From positions 1-64,000 of the forward strand of contig CBFFRQ010000032.1 in assembly GCA_965644315.1 (NCBI GenBank): a stretch of 64,000 bases of DNA, read 5' to 3'. A model generated the notes under the pieces. That model was not told the DNA's origin, made no database searches, and saw only the letters and a list, made by a program, of their open reading frames with translations. Position numbers and translations under genes: made by a program. Source of the DNA: Caecitellus pseudoparvulus (lineage: Eukaryota; Protista; Bigyra: Bicosoecida). This document shows, one piece after another, positions 60,527 to 64,000 of this stretch (position 1 is the first letter of the stretch; each line of letters opens with the position of its first letter).

Positions 60527-63500
60527 ATGCCCACTCCACGAGCACCTTCGCTGTTCTTGGGCTTGCCTGCCTTTCTCGAAGCTTCTTCCGCTGGGTCTGC
60601 GCGACGCTTCTTTCGCTGGCTGGTGGGTGTGAAACGCCGGGTTTGTCAGGCTTGAAGCCTTTCGGGCTTGCCCCGGCAGCACCTGAAGCAAAGCCGCCGA
60701 CTAGACACGACAAGCATGGTGGTTTTTAGGGCATCTGTCACGGTATGGCCGCTTGTGCTGATCCTGGCGGGCTGGTGTGGCGTGGGGGCGCAGGAGGACA
60801 GCAGCCTGCTCCACGTCTCCTTGCCAAGCGCTGTTGGAGCGCTGACAGGGACCGCTTGGCACACCACCGGCATGGCACTGAAGAGCACAAACTCAATCCT
60901 CTTCATGTCTCTGGGGTCAGGGTTCGGCAATGTCTCCCTCGCCGCCTGGCTCCATTCTCCGCAAACGGCCCCAGTTCCACCAACTGCACACTGCACATCC
61001 GCCGGGCCTCTGCCGGTTCCCGGCGACGTTGCTGCCTTCTCAGACGATGCTCTGGGAATGAGCTTTGTGTTGGAGGGAGTTACTGGTGCTGATGCGTCAG
61101 GGCAGCCCTGTGCGGCAGTTGCGGCCCCGGGCATGTGCGTTGGAGCAGTGAGGCTGTGGGCCGTGTCGCAGTTTGACGGCCGTTCCTCTGGCATACAGCT
61201 TGTGCCTGCCAACGGCTCTGTTGGCACTGACCCAGGCCCTGGAACTGGGTTGGCATACACATCCACACCCCTCAATGCCCTCCCAGCGCAACTGCCCCCT
61301 CGACTGTGGGGTGCAGCCGTCGACATCTCCAGGCACTTCGCTGCTACAACGGGACTGGACGTGTTGAACGCTTCCTGCAGCGCGCAGGCGCACACAGTGG
61401 CTGTAATGGCACCGAGGGACGTCCACACTTCCTGGGAATCCGGCCCAGCGTTCGTCGCTCTGCTTGGGCCTTCCCCTGACCAGCATCTCGCAGGAGCCAG
61501 CTCCTGGGGCCAAGCGCTGGCTTCAACTGAAGCCGGCGTAGCAATTGGGTCGCCATTGTCAGCCCACCCAAGCGCAGGGGGTCACGTGGACAGTGGCTCT
61601 GTAGCGTGGGCGTGCGCTGCCCTCCTGGCCACCGCGAACGCGTCAGAGTCATGTGCAGCCACCTTTGCGTCTGGGTGGCAGCATGCTGCGAATGAGACGA
61701 TTGAAAGCCAGCCCTCCGTGATGCAGCCGCTGCAAGTGGCCTCTCAGATCCTTGTGCATCCGACACCCGATGCGGGCCAGTGGTTTGGGTGGTCCATGGC
61801 CGCCATCGATGAAGGCAGCGGAAGCGCACTCATCGTCGGCGCCCCGACCAACGGGTCAAGCTCTGCCACTCCTTCGGTGGTTGTGTTCTCTCTCAACAGC
61901 TCTGGCTTGTGGGACTCACCCACTGTTCTTGAGGCACCAGTGCCATGTGCGCAGTTTGGATCCTCAGTCATGTGGTCCAATGCGTCTCGCACTGTGACCA
62001 TCACTGCCGCCGGCTGCCCCATCATTCGGCAGGGCGCCGCGCCGTCCTCGTCGATGGAGCAACTTGTGCTGGGCAACGTGACCATGCCAGAGTCCACGGA
62101 GCAGCCTGACAGCGAGTTTCTCCTATCAATGGAGGCAGGTGCCCGGTCACCCGCATTCGGCCGACTGCTGGACTTGCCGGGAGGGCTCCACTCTCCCGCT
62201 GGCGGGCCCACCGTTGCCCACATCCCAGCTGCCGAGGCGTCCCTGGGCTTCGCTGACGTACAGTGGACATACAAGGTCGGGGCGGCGGGCTCGGACCCGT
62301 CCGACTCCACAGCCTGGGAGCTGGTGTCGTCCACATGGGAAGAGGACGGCGTCCAAGCTGGCAAGCCCGTCCCTGCTTCCCAGCCATGGCAAGGCAAGGT
62401 GTCAGGGGCCTTGTTGCAGAACTCTGATGACGAGCATGCCATGCAGTCTGTTGTCACTCCGAGGGCTTCCAATGCGTCCCTCTCGTTTTCTTTGGCGCCA
62501 GTCGTTGCGGCAGAGAACTGCAGCGCGGGCTCAGGCACCGTCACGTTCGACCTGTGGGCTGCGCACGCTGGGGACCAAGATCAGGCGACCTTCTTCGACG
62601 CCCATTGCTTCTCTTCATTGGCGTCGGCTATTTCCTTCCTGCAGCTTGCCTCAGCCCAAGCTGCGGGGCGGTCTGCACTGGACACGGCTCCTCACTCTCC
62701 TCAGCTTGTGGGCTCCCTTGATCAAAGTGATGTTTTGTGGAGTGGGGCAAATCTCACTTCTTGTGCTGCCCCAACTGGGGACTGCAGTGTTCGTTTTCAC
62801 CCTCAGCTGATGCAGCGTGCTGCCGTGTTTGTGCATGGGGCAGTCGCTGTTAGTGGCCACGACCCTCTACTTGGAGAAGCGTCGCTCCCTTTCACGCTGG
62901 AAGTGTCTGGCGCCCCAACGTTCCCGACGCACATCAGCCTTCCTTCTTCCGCCGGGTTTTCCACCCTTCTTCAGGAGGCAGGGCGTGCCTTGTGGATTCC
63001 AGCCAGGAACGTGCCACACGTCGCTGGCTCAGGTGGCGCCCTCCGCGAAGTGCATGCCGCAGGCCCACTCACCCAGGCAGTCAAGCAAGCTGCAGAATCG
63101 TGTGGACAGCAGGCTTCGCTTCGCATGCATGCTGTGAATGCCACATCTGCAGGGAGCATTCGCATGCTCTCAGCGGGCAGTGTCTCGCTGACTTGTCTGA
63201 CGCTTGCCTGTGCGAAGGATCCCGTCCTGGCGCTTCCAGGCACTGATACTCTTTCCACTGGAGCCCCACTGGTTGAACTTCGCAACGCAGCATCAGCCAT
63301 TGTATCGAACGTTCTTGTTGTCCTGAATCAAGTTGATCGGCCAATGGTGCACATGGCTCAAGTCGGCCAGGCGGTCGTTCGGGGCATGTCTGGTAATTTC
63401 TCTAGCATCGTCGGTGGGGTTGAAGTCCACCATTCGCGCTCAGCGTTCCGTCAAGTCACTTTTGACCAAGTCGATTCATCTGCACTTGTAGGCGTATCTG

Positions 63501-64000
63501 TTGCCGGTATCAGCTCACTGCCGGCAGCCGCGACGCCTGCTGGGCTGCGCCAGCACCTTGTTGAACAGAGCTCTGGTCTGCCAGGCGTCGGCGCAGGTTG
63601 TATTGCGATCGTAGGCGAGGGCAAGTCGGTCATCTGGGGGATCTCTGCACTTGGATGCACGTCCACTGCTTCTGACGGCGGGGCTCTGCGCGTGTCTGGT
63701 GCTGGCAACCTGCTTATTGCTAGCGTCAACCTGGACTCCAGCCGCGTCGCAGGCGTCGGCGGTGGCCTGCTCGTGTCGGGCGTGGGCTCGGTGTCTGTCG
63801 CTGACGTCCAACTCGGAAACAACGTTGCAGATGAAGATTGTGCTGGAGGGCTCGTGCGCAGCGTGGGGCATGCCAACTTCTTCAACTTGTCCGTCGAATC
63901 CTCTCGTGCTGGGGCGAGCGGCGGCGGGTTCTGCATTGAGCACGTGCAAACCGCCGACTTCTCAGGCTGGACGCGCTTTTCCAACAACTCTGCATTGACA
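60527..64000 (+). CDS. Large secreted/membrane protein with pectin-lyase-like beta-helix (polymorphic membrane protein-type) repeats, runs off window end
   Basis: Open frame to the window end reads ...SDGGALRVSG...GVGGGLLVSG...NNVA...GASGGGFCIE...FSNNSA. Signal-like WPLVLILAGWCGVGAQ near 60745. Exon structure uncertain. Confidence 0.6.

Overview
GC-rich eukaryotic (protist-like; GT-AG introns, TTAGGG-type repeats) sequence that looks like a left chromosome end region. Bases 1-21986 are a head-to-tail array of eight non-LTR retroelement units or remnants, all on the + strand with 3' ends facing the unique sequence. None has a poly(A) tail. Each ends in the telomeric C-strand word CTAACC, and units are separated by only 1-5 telomeric repeats. 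The array holds an autonomous ~7.6 kb family (A) with a single ~2188-aa ORF: basic N-terminal region, putative Josephin-like cysteine protease, intact AP endonuclease, RT and CCHC knuckle, which is Dualen/RandI-like but with no visible restriction-like endonuclease. It also holds a 2.9 kb non-autonomous partner (B) whose ORF stops just before the endonuclease/RT, and short remnants of other subfamilies. All share a ~200-nt 3'-terminal RNA structure with compensatory base changes immediately before CTAACC. The innermost unit is fused directly to an interrupted ORF, suggesting a broken end capped by a retroelement. The arrangement parallels Drosophila HeT-A/TART/TAHRE telomeres but coexists with telomerase-type repeats. 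The window does not itself show the chromosome end, so telomeric location is inferred. Inward lie a Crinkler/RHS-like NTPase-nuclease gene with a mitochondrial-type presequence, three related ankyrin-repeat genes, a Sel1 tandem-array gene, carboxypeptidase Q, a CFAP97-like gene, a GT18/MGAT5-like glycosyltransferase and several hypothetical genes. Many frameshifts sit in homopolymers and are probably long-read errors.
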